A stretch of 22,583 nucleotides of DNA from a virus (taxonomy: Duplodnaviria > Heunggongvirae > Uroviricota > Caudoviricetes), in IMG/VR virus record IMGVR_UViG_2724679236_000013, positions 1 to 22,583 of that record, one strand, 5' to 3'. The stretch's first letter is position 1, and every line of letters begins with the position of its first letter. Shown one piece after another: positions 9,354 through 18,401 of this stretch. A program made the position numbers and the translations under genes. A model generated the notes under the pieces. That model had not been told where the DNA came from and searched no databases. It saw only the letters and a list, made by a program, of their open reading frames with translations.

Positions 9354-10043
9354 TTAAAACAGTGAACCAAGCAGACCAAGACCAGCACCGATACCAGCAC
9401 CCCACGGAGTTGATAGCTCGAGAGCACTGGCTATGCCACCACCCAAAAGTGCACCGGATGCAGCACCACTAACCCCCTGCTGCAATGCTGACGGTCGGTT
9501 GGCGTTTGCCGCAGCCAGCGCCGCGCTTTGCTGTGAAATCTGACTCATGTTGTTGGCGTATGTCTGCCCAGCGTTTGCCTGACCTTGCAACGCACCAAGG
9601 CCAATGTTTGCCAGATTCTGGTAGTTGTTCATTTGTCCAGATAGCCATTGCTGGCCAAGAGTTGGTGCGATTGTTGCTAACTGATTACTGGTTGCGGTGG
9701 AACCTAATCCACCTGTTGCTTCCGCTGCCGCCAGACTCTGATAGCGCGCCTGACCAGCAAGGTCTTTGTACTGCTGAGAGTTGTAATACTGGTTAAGCGC
9801 CTGACCTTGCCCCTCCAGAGACGATAAGTTCTCGAGGCTGCCGACATACTTCCCAGCCAGAGGAGTAAACGGCTTCAGGTTGTTCATGATGGTGTTGAAC
9901 TGCTGATTTTGCAGGTCTGCGGCATACTTCTGGGCTTCTGCTGCATACTTTGCGCTTTTATCGGAGCCACCTTTTCCGCCTTTTTCAGGGCAATAAGGTT
10001 CCTCGCCACGCAGTTTTCTGCCCAGCTTAAATGCATATAACAT
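9354..10043 (-). CDS. Ejection protein, P22 gp7 family, 229 aa
   Basis: N-terminus MLYAFKLGRKLRGEEPYCPEKGGKGG matches my recollection of P22 gp7; Gly/Ala/Gln-rich C-terminus; same length as I recall for P22 gp7. Confidence 0.75.
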   Translation of the reverse strand: MLYAFKLGRKLRGEEPYCPEKGGKGGSDKSAKYAAEAQKYAADLQNQQFNTIMNNLKPFTPLAGKYVGSLENLSSLEGQGQALNQYYNSQQYKDLAGQARYQSLAAAEATGGLGSTATSNQLATIAPTLGQQWLSGQMNNYQNLANIGLGALQGQANAGQTYANNMSQISQQSAALAAANANRPSALQQGVSGAASGALLGGGIASALELSTPWGAGIGAGLGLLGSLF

Positions 10044-10045
10044 GG

Positions 10046-10504
10046 CTATCTCCCGTGCTTCAAGAAGTCGATTAGTTCTTCGCGTGTGGCGCTGTAAAAC
10101 GTCACGTCATCCACGCCTTTGAAGTATTTCTTGATGGTTCCTACACGCTTAAGGCCAATCATTGCGCAGTACATCTGCCCGTGGCGGAATTTGCGTGCAG
10201 CGAACGATGTGACGCACTGAACGGTGGTGTTAGTCAGAATGTATCGCCAGAACGCCAGCCCGATTTCCTTGCTGAAGCCGCGAATCTCTGGCAGGTACAT
10301 GGCGTGGCAATCAAAGGTCAGCGGCTGAATCTCCTGATAGTAAACAATGCCGCCGAACTGCCCGTGCACGTTCACCTCAAAGTAACGGCAATCAGGTTTG
10401 TAGTCGTATCCATCACCGTTGTTGCTACCAGCGATAATGTCAGGGTGATTTCCGACTGCTTCGATCAGGTCGATGTTTCGCGTTGGTTTGAACTGAATCA
10501 TCAC
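10046..10504 (-). CDS. P22 gp14-like head/DNA-stabilisation protein, 152 aa
   Basis: Positional homolog between gp26 and gp7; its start overlaps the gp26 stop (ATGA). Confidence 0.55.
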   Translation of the reverse strand: MMIQFKPTRNIDLIEAVGNHPDIIAGSNNGDGYDYKPDCRYFEVNVHGQFGGIVYYQEIQPLTFDCHAMYLPEIRGFSKEIGLAFWRYILTNTTVQCVTSFAARKFRHGQMYCAMIGLKRVGTIKKYFKGVDDVTFYSATREELIDFLKHGR

Positions 10505-11349
10505 TGCTCCGCGATTATCTTGATGGTTGTGGCAGTAAACGCCGCCCCATTTGACTGAATGGTTAACGTACTGCCATTTGTGGCAAGAAAGCCGTCTTTA
10601 TCCACGCTGAAGAACGTAGCTAACAGGATGTTGTCGGTTGTCGTCGCCGCATTACGACTGCTGACCAGTGTGTCAGGAACAGAGCCGGAAAAGGTTAGCT
10701 GCATTGACCTGTTTGCGGTTCCGCTGGGCCACGTCCCGACGATCGACAGTTTGAAGAACAAGGTTTTGTTCTCGTTGAACACAACCATCTTGTTGTTAGC
10801 AGTGTCGAAGAATGGTGCCAACGCGCCAGATGACGGCGTGAGCGTTTTCAGCAGGCTAACAAGGTTGGTCGGCGCTGTCGGAATGGTTACTGATACGCCA
10901 GAGTAAACAACCTCTGACTTTTTGCGAGTAGTGGCATACTCCAGAGCATCAATGCGCGTTTCATGGTCTGAAACCTGCGACTCCAGCGACTGAACTCTGG
11001 TATCAAGCGACGCAATATCGCTTTCATTCTGAGCGATTCGCGTTTCATGTTCCTGAAGAGTTGATTCTGCCTGGCTGATTCGCTCCTCATGATTAACAAG
11101 CGTTGCTTCCGCAGCAGAAATTCGCTGCTCATGGTCAGCGAGAATCACATCCTGCTCATCGTTCCTGACTTGTGCGTCATAAGCGCCCTGTCCGGCCTCG
11201 TTGGCCTTGTTAGCCACGTTACCAACATCAGTGCCCTGTGCGATAACGTAAAGCAGATACGACTGCGAGAAGATATTGCGTGGAAGAACTGATGTGTCGA
11301 GTCGTGTAGCCTGAATGATTACCGGCACATTGAGATTCGAATCCGCCAT
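10501..11349 (-). CDS. Tail needle (P22 gp26 family) with Sf6-type C-terminal knob domain, 282 aa
   Basis: N-terminus [43 protein letters not shown]...NDEQDV is near-identical to the P22 gp26 N-terminal tip as I remember it. Central heptad-like repeats ([49 protein letters not shown]) indicate a trimeric coiled coil. The C-terminal ~130 aa are beta-rich, like the Sf6 needle knob, not the P22 helical tip. Confidence 0.85.
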   Translation of the reverse strand: MADSNLNVPVIIQATRLDTSVLPRNIFSQSYLLYVIAQGTDVGNVANKANEAGQGAYDAQVRNDEQDVILADHEQRISAAEATLVNHEERISQAESTLQEHETRIAQNESDIASLDTRVQSLESQVSDHETRIDALEYATTRKKSEVVYSGVSVTIPTAPTNLVSLLKTLTPSSGALAPFFDTANNKMVVFNENKTLFFKLSIVGTWPSGTANRSMQLTFSGSVPDTLVSSRNAATTTDNILLATFFSVDKDGFLATNGSTLTIQSNGAAFTATTIKIIAEQ

Positions 11350-11843
11350 TACTCAATCCTCTGCCTTGCAAACTCTCCAAAATTTTCTGCTCTTGCCATC
11401 ATTGATGCTGAGATAGCTTCGTCCAGGTCATCGAAGCATCCAACGTGAACCTGTTTTTTATTTTTCTTGAAAGAAACAGTCCACTTGCAGAGATTTTTGT
11501 GCCAACAGACACCCGGATATCCTGACTTATTATTTCTTTGAATATTCCTGTTCATCCCATTCTGGGATCTATTTGCCAATCTTAAATTTGAAAATCTGTT
11601 ATCCGTTCTGTCTCCGTTAATATGATCTATTAAGCAATTTGCAGGTTTTCCTGTCATATAAAACCAAGCAAGCCTATGCGCTAAGTATCTCTTACCACAG
11701 ACCATTATCCTTAAATAACCAGTGCACATGGTTCCCGCTTCATCACCAACGGTGACGCTCGCTGTATTTGATATTTTTCGGGTAAAAACCCCGGTTTCTG
11801 GGTCATATGATAAATGACGCTTCAACTCTTCATGTGAAATCAT
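11349..11843 (-). CDS. HNH homing endonuclease with AP2-like DNA-binding domain, 164 aa
   Basis: HNH-type motif [31 protein letters not shown] followed by an AP2-like segment ([40 protein letters not shown]). Inserted between gp10 and gp26, which are adjacent in P22. Its stop overlaps the gp26 start (TAATG) and its start lies 2 nt after the gp10 stop. Confidence 0.75.
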   Translation of the reverse strand: MISHEELKRHLSYDPETGVFTRKISNTASVTVGDEAGTMCTGYLRIMVCGKRYLAHRLAWFYMTGKPANCLIDHINGDRTDNRFSNLRLANRSQNGMNRNIQRNNKSGYPGVCWHKNLCKWTVSFKKNKKQVHVGCFDDLDEAISASMMARAENFGEFARQRIE

Positions 11844-11845
11844 TA

Positions 11846-13264
11846 TTACTCCAGCCTAATAGAGCAGCCAGACAGAGTGACAGGTGACTTCGTGATAACG
11901 CGCAATTTGAAGCCAACATTTTTCCTGATGCGCCCTACTCGCTTCCACAAAACACGTTTGTCGTAAACGAACGGTTCATTCTGCTCAATCATCTGCTCAC
12001 GCCCGTAATTGATGCCGTCAGTGGTTGCAGAGAGGAACAGGCGGTCAGCGTACTGAGCGACACCCGTCGATGATTCAACTTCCAGATCGAAGCATCTGCC
12101 GTTATCCGCTTTGAACAACGGAGTAAACAGAAGGTGTTCCTGTTGCTTGTCGTACTGGCTGCTGATGTCGAACTGCAATTTCCCGGTCACCGATTCCAGC
12201 TTATCGCCGCACGTTATCTGATTGCCTTCGTAAATGAAGTCGATAGCGCGGTACACATCGTCATACAGGCCTGTTTTCAACACACACCATTGCGGACCAT
12301 TGGCGCTTGAAGATGCGTCGTACACCAGAACATGGCGCGGAAGGTGGATAATCAGCAGTTCATGCGCATCAAATCGCAGCGATTCCATCACACCATCAGC
12401 CAGTTCATCAGCAGTGTAGGAGCGTAGTATTTTCTCAATGCTCGCGCTGGCGATTGGTGATACCTGACCGGAGCCGATGATATACACAGACGGCGCACCT
12501 GTTGCCGGATTGCTGATGAACGCATACGAGTCAGCAAACGGCGTTTTGCAGTAAGTCCCGGCAATGCCTTTTTGCACCATCAGTGATGGCTGTGCGACAT
12601 ACAAAGCAGCACCAACGGTGGTTGCGCCAGTAAGGGAGAAATATTCAATAGTCGATGAACCAAAGCAGACGATGAAGTCTCGCCATGTCCCGATACCGAT
12701 GATGCCGTCCGGCTGAGACTCGGCACGATATTGTGCGCTGTAGCGGTCAGGGTGCGATTCGTCTTCAAGGTCAGTGATAAACCATGAATCAGTGCCGTCT
12801 TTTGACCACGCATAACGCCCACGTAAGCGCGTAATGTCGCGGACTGAACCTAACTCATACTGCGTGAATCCGCTGTCTGTAGGCCAGTTTGAGACGGTTT
12901 TAACCGTGCCATCATAGCGATACTCGACCAGTTGACCATTAACGCCTACTGCCTGTGATGTCCTACCGTGTGCCATTGATACGCGACCACTTCCGGCAAC
13001 ATCACCGACCTCGCTTTCGCCCTTATACAGCTTGCCGCCACACACGCGATATACAGCATTCTGCGCCATGTTGTACTCGACGCCGCGCGATACGCCGTTC
13101 ACATCAGAACGTTTGGCAATGCCCGGGAATGAGCGAAGATATCCGCTGCTGTTAAGGATTTCTTTGGGTGTAGCCAACATATTCACTGGCAGATAGTCGA
13201 TATAGTCGGCGTTTCGAAAGTCTTTGCCGACACCTTTCATAAGCGGAAGTTGCTGAATCGGCAT
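11846..13264 (-). CDS. Tail accessory/hub protein, P22 gp10 family, 472 aa
   Basis: Synteny after gp4 and the same length as I recall for P22 gp10. Confidence 0.75.
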   Translation of the reverse strand: MPIQQLPLMKGVGKDFRNADYIDYLPVNMLATPKEILNSSGYLRSFPGIAKRSDVNGVSRGVEYNMAQNAVYRVCGGKLYKGESEVGDVAGSGRVSMAHGRTSQAVGVNGQLVEYRYDGTVKTVSNWPTDSGFTQYELGSVRDITRLRGRYAWSKDGTDSWFITDLEDESHPDRYSAQYRAESQPDGIIGIGTWRDFIVCFGSSTIEYFSLTGATTVGAALYVAQPSLMVQKGIAGTYCKTPFADSYAFISNPATGAPSVYIIGSGQVSPIASASIEKILRSYTADELADGVMESLRFDAHELLIIHLPRHVLVYDASSSANGPQWCVLKTGLYDDVYRAIDFIYEGNQITCGDKLESVTGKLQFDISSQYDKQQEHLLFTPLFKADNGRCFDLEVESSTGVAQYADRLFLSATTDGINYGREQMIEQNEPFVYDKRVLWKRVGRIRKNVGFKLRVITKSPVTLSGCSIRLE

Positions 13265-13273
13265 TTATTCACC

Positions 13274-13735
13274 TCACGTACTCGGATCATCTTTCTCGAT
13301 GTAAAACCGATTCCACGTAAACGCGCTTTTGTTACCACTACCGCGAGGCATGTCATTTCGCCGCTCAAGTGGTGGTATTTTGGTTAAAGCGATACAGATT
13401 GTTTGATATGCACTGTCAGCAGCGGTAAGGAGAGCGTCTGACGGCTGAATGACGTTATCCATGCACACTTGCACAGCGAGTTTCAAAGCGACGCCATCAT
13501 TTGCCCATGCAGGGATACCTGAATCATCGTCAGGTAACGGCATGATGCCGTTTTCTGTATCAGCAAACTGATACCCAAGCTCGATACCTTTCGCCTGCCA
13601 TGCTGCCATCATGTCTTCGAGGTCATTAATAGCATCTTCAATTGCCTGAGGGTCAGCATCTGTCAACGTGGCATTGGAATACAGCCCGGCTTTTCGTAAA
13701 GCCTTTAGAACGAGATCACCCTTCGTTTTCGCCAT
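13274..13735 (-). CDS. Head-to-tail adaptor, P22 gp4 family, 153 aa
   Basis: Synteny between coat and gp10; size close to P22 gp4. Confidence 0.7.
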   Translation of the reverse strand: MAKTKGDLVLKALRKAGLYSNATLTDADPQAIEDAINDLEDMMAAWQAKGIELGYQFADTENGIMPLPDDDSGIPAWANDGVALKLAVQVCMDNVIQPSDALLTAADSAYQTICIALTKIPPLERRNDMPRGSGNKSAFTWNRFYIEKDDPST

Positions 13736-13904
13736 CTTCTTCCTCCTTAGCCACTTTTTGCTTCGTTGCGGTTTCTTCAGGAGTTTTTACCCAGCCTTTT
13801 TTCAGGTGAGATTTAACTTCTTCGTCATCAACAATGATGTAATCGACAGCAAACTGACCACAGGTGATCATGTTGCCCGGCTTATAGAGCATTGTTCGTG
13901 CCAT
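13716..13904 (-). CDS. Small hypothetical protein, 62 aa, between coat and gp4
   Basis: GGGAGAAG ribosome-binding site upstream of the ATG; fills the coat-gp4 gap and overlaps the gp4 start, consistent with operon packing. No recognisable domain. Confidence 0.4.
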   Translation of the reverse strand: MARTMLYKPGNMITCGQFAVDYIIVDDEEVKSHLKKGWVKTPEETATKQKVAKEEEDGENEG

Positions 13905-13945
13905 TGTCTTCTCCCAATAAAAATGGGGCCGAAGCCCAACTAAAA

Positions 13946-15199
13946 TTACTGCCCGGCAATAACGATGCCCGTATATTCAGGAACAAGTACAGAGCAACCG
14001 TACAGAGTGGTGAAACGCGCAGTGGTTACGCCTTTGATGTGGTCGAAGGCGTAAGACATGATCAGCGTAGCGCCCTGCTCGGTGGTTGCTGTCATTACCT
14101 GTGGACCCTGACCAGTCGGGAACGCCAGTTTGCCGTACATCAGCTCAACAGAACCATCAGCCCAGAACAGGTTAGCCGGTGCGGCATTTTTGTTGAGAAT
14201 GGTAATTGCTGCACCATTTGCCGCGTTAGCATCAACGTTTGCATATGGTCGGCTGGCGACATCCGCGTTGTCAGGCGGCAGAATTTTCGGGGAGATAGTT
14301 ACTGTCGTTCCGCTTACAGCCAGAACGCGGAATACCTGCGGCTGCCCGGTGGTATCTTTGGTGATCTGATGTACGGAATTCACGCCAGCAATGGTGAACG
14401 CATCGCCAACCTGCAAACCAGATGCAGATACCGTAATGGTCCCCTGTCGGTTATCCACTGGCATATCGTTGACATCTTTCGCTTCAACCTTGTGCGCAGG
14501 TTCAGCCGCCAGTGTCAGGGAAGTTGCTGTACCCTTCGGAACACGACCAGAAATATCGGTCTTGTAGCTATCGAAGGACGCAACCGGAGGGATCTGCGCT
14601 TTTTCGTATGCCGTCAGGGTTGCGCCCTGAGCATAGGCACGGTGACCAAGCTCGCCAGCAAGGTCTTTGTAGTTGAAGGGGTTCCAGAAAGAGCGACGGT
14701 TGATACCCTGAGGTACACCAATCGCCGTCATGGTGGCATCAATACCTGCCGCACAGTTCCACAAATCACGGCCCTGTGAACCAGTGGTTGAGTCAGCCAT
14801 TGTGATCACGTTAGTAGCACGCTGCGTGACCATGGAAATCAGGTCAGAGTCAATCTGTGCAGCAAGGCGCATACCTGCGGCGCGACCAGCTTCAGTTTTA
14901 TGCTCAGGGTCACGCATTTCACGCGCATCCAGAGTGTACAGAATGTTTTTCGGCTCCTTGAACACAGAAGGAACAAGGCGCTGAACCAGTGCTGTTGGCG
15001 TTTTGCTGCTGAGGTCGAGGCCTTCCTCAATGTTCATGTGGTAATGCTGCGGACGATACAGAACATCACCTGCTCGCTGCATTGCTGTATCACCGGGACG
15101 GAATTTTTTAGCGTTACGGGAAACTACGCAGGCGGCCTCAAAGCCTTCAACGTAGTTTTCGAACATGATTTCAAGGTCTTTTGCTAATTGGTTAGCCAT
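13946..15199 (-). CDS. Major capsid (coat) protein, P22 gp5 / Sf6 gp5 family, 417 aa
   Basis: Synteny directly after the scaffold gene; size consistent with P22-like coat proteins; strongly expressed-gene-like composition. Confidence 0.8.
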   Translation of the reverse strand: MANQLAKDLEIMFENYVEGFEAACVVSRNAKKFRPGDTAMQRAGDVLYRPQHYHMNIEEGLDLSSKTPTALVQRLVPSVFKEPKNILYTLDAREMRDPEHKTEAGRAAGMRLAAQIDSDLISMVTQRATNVITMADSTTGSQGRDLWNCAAGIDATMTAIGVPQGINRRSFWNPFNYKDLAGELGHRAYAQGATLTAYEKAQIPPVASFDSYKTDISGRVPKGTATSLTLAAEPAHKVEAKDVNDMPVDNRQGTITVSASGLQVGDAFTIAGVNSVHQITKDTTGQPQVFRVLAVSGTTVTISPKILPPDNADVASRPYANVDANAANGAAITILNKNAAPANLFWADGSVELMYGKLAFPTGQGPQVMTATTEQGATLIMSYAFDHIKGVTTARFTTLYGCSVLVPEYTGIVIAGQ

Positions 15200-15217
15200 G
15201 CTTAATGCTCCGATAGG

Positions 15218-16111
15218 TTATTTTTTTGCCTTTTTAGCGGCGAAATACGGCGTCCAGTCACCAGTTTCCAGCGCCTTGGCTTTCAATTTGTCGAGGTTGT
15301 TGATTACTGCGCCGTTGCTCCCCTTAACCGTCGGGGTTGTGGCTGCCGTGGTTTTTGCTTTTGGCATGATTCTGGCCTTCGATTCGATACGTTCCAGCAG
15401 ACGACCAATTGCTACGGGGTTGGTAGCTTCTGCCAGTTGCTTGCGCAGTTCAGCGTTGCGACCAAGCGCCAGAACAACGATTTCCGGCTTCTCTGACTCA
15501 AACAGGATCGCGTTTTGTGTCTCGATGGGAACTTCCTCGAGTACGGCCTGCTCAGCTTCCTGATAGCCAGGAACTTTGAGAGCCTTAACACGTTGCTGAT
15601 ATTTGGATAATCGCTCTTGATAGGCAGCCTGAAGCTCCTGCTCCTTCTGCTTGCGAGCCATCTCCTGTTGCTGGTACTTGCCGTTATCCTCTGCCCACTT
15701 AGCCATGCGTTGCTGGTAGATTTCTTCATCGAACCCGATGTCCTCATCATCCAGTTTTGGCATTCGCGGTGGTTGAGTGATTACCGGCTGCTGCTCGACG
15801 GGTTTCTGAGACTGACGCATCAGCTCTTTCAGCTCGCGGTCTTTCTCTTTAATCGTCTTGCGCAGGTGTTTTACCAGTCCATGCTCTGCGCCATCTTCGC
15901 TGGTTGGCGAATCCAGCTTTTCGTCACCAAAGTAGAATTCCTGTTCTGATTCGTCGTCATCAGTTTCAGTAGCTTCCTCTGCATCATTGCCGGAGGACTC
16001 ACTGCCATCTTCTGTTTCGACTTCTTCAGCCAGTTCGACATCATCAGGAATCTGCTCTGACGCGTCGGTTTCGATTTCAACTTCTGGTGTGTTTTCTGCC
16101 ATCTGGTCCAT
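15218..16111 (-). CDS. Scaffolding protein, 297 aa
   Basis: Synteny between portal and coat; hyper-acidic N-terminal ~70 aa, charged and predicted-helical middle, basic C-terminal tail (…YFAAKKAKK) as expected for a coat-binding scaffold C-terminus. Confidence 0.75.
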   Translation of the reverse strand: MDQMAENTPEVEIETDASEQIPDDVELAEEVETEDGSESSGNDAEEATETDDDESEQEFYFGDEKLDSPTSEDGAEHGLVKHLRKTIKEKDRELKELMRQSQKPVEQQPVITQPPRMPKLDDEDIGFDEEIYQQRMAKWAEDNGKYQQQEMARKQKEQELQAAYQERLSKYQQRVKALKVPGYQEAEQAVLEEVPIETQNAILFESEKPEIVVLALGRNAELRKQLAEATNPVAIGRLLERIESKARIMPKAKTTAATTPTVKGSNGAVINNLDKLKAKALETGDWTPYFAAKKAKK

Positions 16112-16201
16112 TTGTTACCCCTGTTTACTCGATGTTCAGCCCATCGGAAGGCAATAGGGTGCAAGGCCTCATAAAGACAGCCATTGCACGTTATGGGTTA
16201 A

Positions 16202-18400
16202 TTACTGCTGTGGTTGTTGCTGAGTTGATTTTTGCAGGATGCTGCTGATGTCCATGCGCTGCGCATGGCCCTGTGCCTGACTTTTCAGGACAAGCTCTGC
16301 ATCAGCACGGGCATTATCTCCTTGCTGTTGCTGGAACTGTCCGAGCAGTTTCAGAGCCTCGCGGATATCAGATTTCTGCTGACTATCGGCAGATGCGAGG
16401 ATTTTCACAACATTTGCCGCTGCAACCTGAGCATCAGTCTGTGCCTGGAATGCTTTAACCTGAATGGCTGCCTGTTCGTTCTGCGCTTTCTGCAATTCAG
16501 CCTGACCAGCAAGAAGCTGACCTTGCGCTGCAACCATAGCCGGATCTGGCTGACTGGCCTGTTGTTGTTTCGCCTGTTCAACCATCTGCTGTTCTTCAGG
16601 CGTTCTCGGCTTGATAACGCCAGACAGAAGCAACTGATTGCGGTTGTATTCTTTCAGGTCTTCCATCCCTTCGCCGTCCATATTGTCGAGAATAAGAGAC
16701 GATACAAGGTCATGCTTCGGCGTTCCTGGTGGGATAAGTGCCAGCATGGAAAGTAACGACTTAACCGTTGCATCACGGCGAGTAGCGAACGACTGACCGA
16801 CATCGACAGTCACTTCATAGTTGCCCTGCGAAAGGTCATTAAGCGCGATAACCTGCCCTGTCTGACGGTCAACCACTTCACCAGTCATCAGAGCCACGTC
16901 ATCGCTGCCGTCCTCATTAACGATACGCATCGGCGTATCACTGCCATAGACCTCACGCGCCATAGAAAGCCACACAACGCCAGCGCGACGCATGGATTTA
17001 GCCATGTTGTCCATGTAGATATAGGACTGCGTATCCATCCGGTTAAAGATGCTATCAACGGTATCGGTGGCAACGTTGCTCGGCATGTTCTCAAGCTGCG
17101 ACGCACCTGTAATTTGCTGAATAGCCGTTCCGGTGTACTGCAATAGCCCGGCAAGAGCAGGAGGCATTTGTGTTGGAGGGGTCCAGCCAGCAACCTGAGC
17201 CTCTGAAATGACTGTTCCGTTTTTGTCCTTCTTGCTGGTCATAGGAAGAACTGCAGGTCTTTTCTTATTCCTCTCTGCCCAGTGATTCATTAATGGACCG
17301 GGAATGAAATCAACATCCACGATAGGAATGCCATCACCGCCAGCCTGAGTAGCGTTATCTGCAATCATGGAAACCATAAGGTTCTCAAGACGCTGTGCAT
17401 CCATCGCTTTTGCAGCGTGGCCTTCGATTCGCTCCTGATTATCAACAAATGAGCGACGCCCATATACCGGGATGAGAGGAATATGTTCACCCGGAATACG
17501 CTTCGGTTCTTCCAGCCATTCAGCGCCAGACAGAAGACCGCAATAAACGCGGCGCTTCTTCACCGTTCGCTCGCCAATCAGTTCGAATGCACCATCGGTC
17601 AGCTCGTCGACAATATCTTTGATTTGCTCTTCATCATAGATTGCCGTTTCTCCGCTAACAGGGTTGCGCCACGCCGTGAGCTTCACCTTCTCTATGCGAA
17701 CTTCGTAGTAACGTCCAACATAGATGGCGTCAGGCGTTGACCAGTCATACTGAGTACCAGTGTCATCCCGAGAAAGGCTTGCCGCAATGGAATCAGGGTA
17801 TTCAGCCTCGAACGCTTTAGGCGTCATGGAGAACATTTCCATAGCCCACATAGCATCAGAGCGGTCATATTGTTTGCTGTCCTGATCGAAGAAGACGCAT
17901 GTCGCCGGGTCGTAAACAGGAAGAAGGCTGATGCGTCGCTGCTCGTTACTTGGGTCCATTTCATCTTCGTAATCGGCACACATGCGGAAACAACCGAATC
18001 CGCCCGTTACAGCATCATCAAATGCGTTATCACACGCTTCGCCACCGGATGTTTCCTGATAGTCAGCGCGGAATTTGCCGTTCATCTTTTCGGCTAACGC
18101 TTCCGATGCCTTATCGTCCTTCGGCCTGAATTTAACGCTGATGCGATTCTGTCGATACTCGCCAATGATGCGATCACATTCACGGGCAATCTTATTCAGT
18201 TCAAAGCGCGGGTAATGCTCAAACCTGCCTTCATCAAATGAGTAACCAGCGTTTGTGCTGCCTTCCCACTGTGCGCCGGACACCCGGACGAAACGTTGAG
18301 CCTCAATAATCTGCTCACGCATATCCTGCGTTGCTGACCAGGCATTATCAAAGTTGCACAGCACCTTGCGATGCCAGTCAGTCATCTTTTTTTCTGCCAT
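16202..18400 (-). CDS. Portal protein, P22 gp1 family, 732 aa
   Basis: Synteny directly after the large terminase; size close to the P22 portal; Gln/Ala-rich helical C-terminal extension typical of the P22-like portal barrel. Confidence 0.85.
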   Translation of the reverse strand: MAEKKMTDWHRKVLCNFDNAWSATQDMREQIIEAQRFVRVSGAQWEGSTNAGYSFDEGRFEHYPRFELNKIARECDRIIGEYRQNRISVKFRPKDDKASEALAEKMNGKFRADYQETSGGEACDNAFDDAVTGGFGCFRMCADYEDEMDPSNEQRRISLLPVYDPATCVFFDQDSKQYDRSDAMWAMEMFSMTPKAFEAEYPDSIAASLSRDDTGTQYDWSTPDAIYVGRYYEVRIEKVKLTAWRNPVSGETAIYDEEQIKDIVDELTDGAFELIGERTVKKRRVYCGLLSGAEWLEEPKRIPGEHIPLIPVYGRRSFVDNQERIEGHAAKAMDAQRLENLMVSMIADNATQAGGDGIPIVDVDFIPGPLMNHWAERNKKRPAVLPMTSKKDKNGTVISEAQVAGWTPPTQMPPALAGLLQYTGTAIQQITGASQLENMPSNVATDTVDSIFNRMDTQSYIYMDNMAKSMRRAGVVWLSMAREVYGSDTPMRIVNEDGSDDVALMTGEVVDRQTGQVIALNDLSQGNYEVTVDVGQSFATRRDATVKSLLSMLALIPPGTPKHDLVSSLILDNMDGEGMEDLKEYNRNQLLLSGVIKPRTPEEQQMVEQAKQQQASQPDPAMVAAQGQLLAGQAELQKAQNEQAAIQVKAFQAQTDAQVAAANVVKILASADSQQKSDIREALKLLGQFQQQQGDNARADAELVLKSQAQGHAQRMDISSILQKSTQQQPQQ

Positions 18401-18401
18401 A

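Noticed and set aside
13892-14779. 295-aa + strand ORF
   Set aside because: Lies entirely antisense to the coat gene, has Cys/Arg-rich unusual composition and no ribosome-binding site; a typical shadow ORF of a highly expressed minus-strand gene.
16232-16756. 174-aa + strand ORF, and other + strand ORFs inside the portal/terminase region (for example 17483-17740, 19089-19439, 19773-20201)
   Set aside because: Antisense to well-supported portal and terminase genes; low-complexity or Cys/Leu-rich translations with no start signals.
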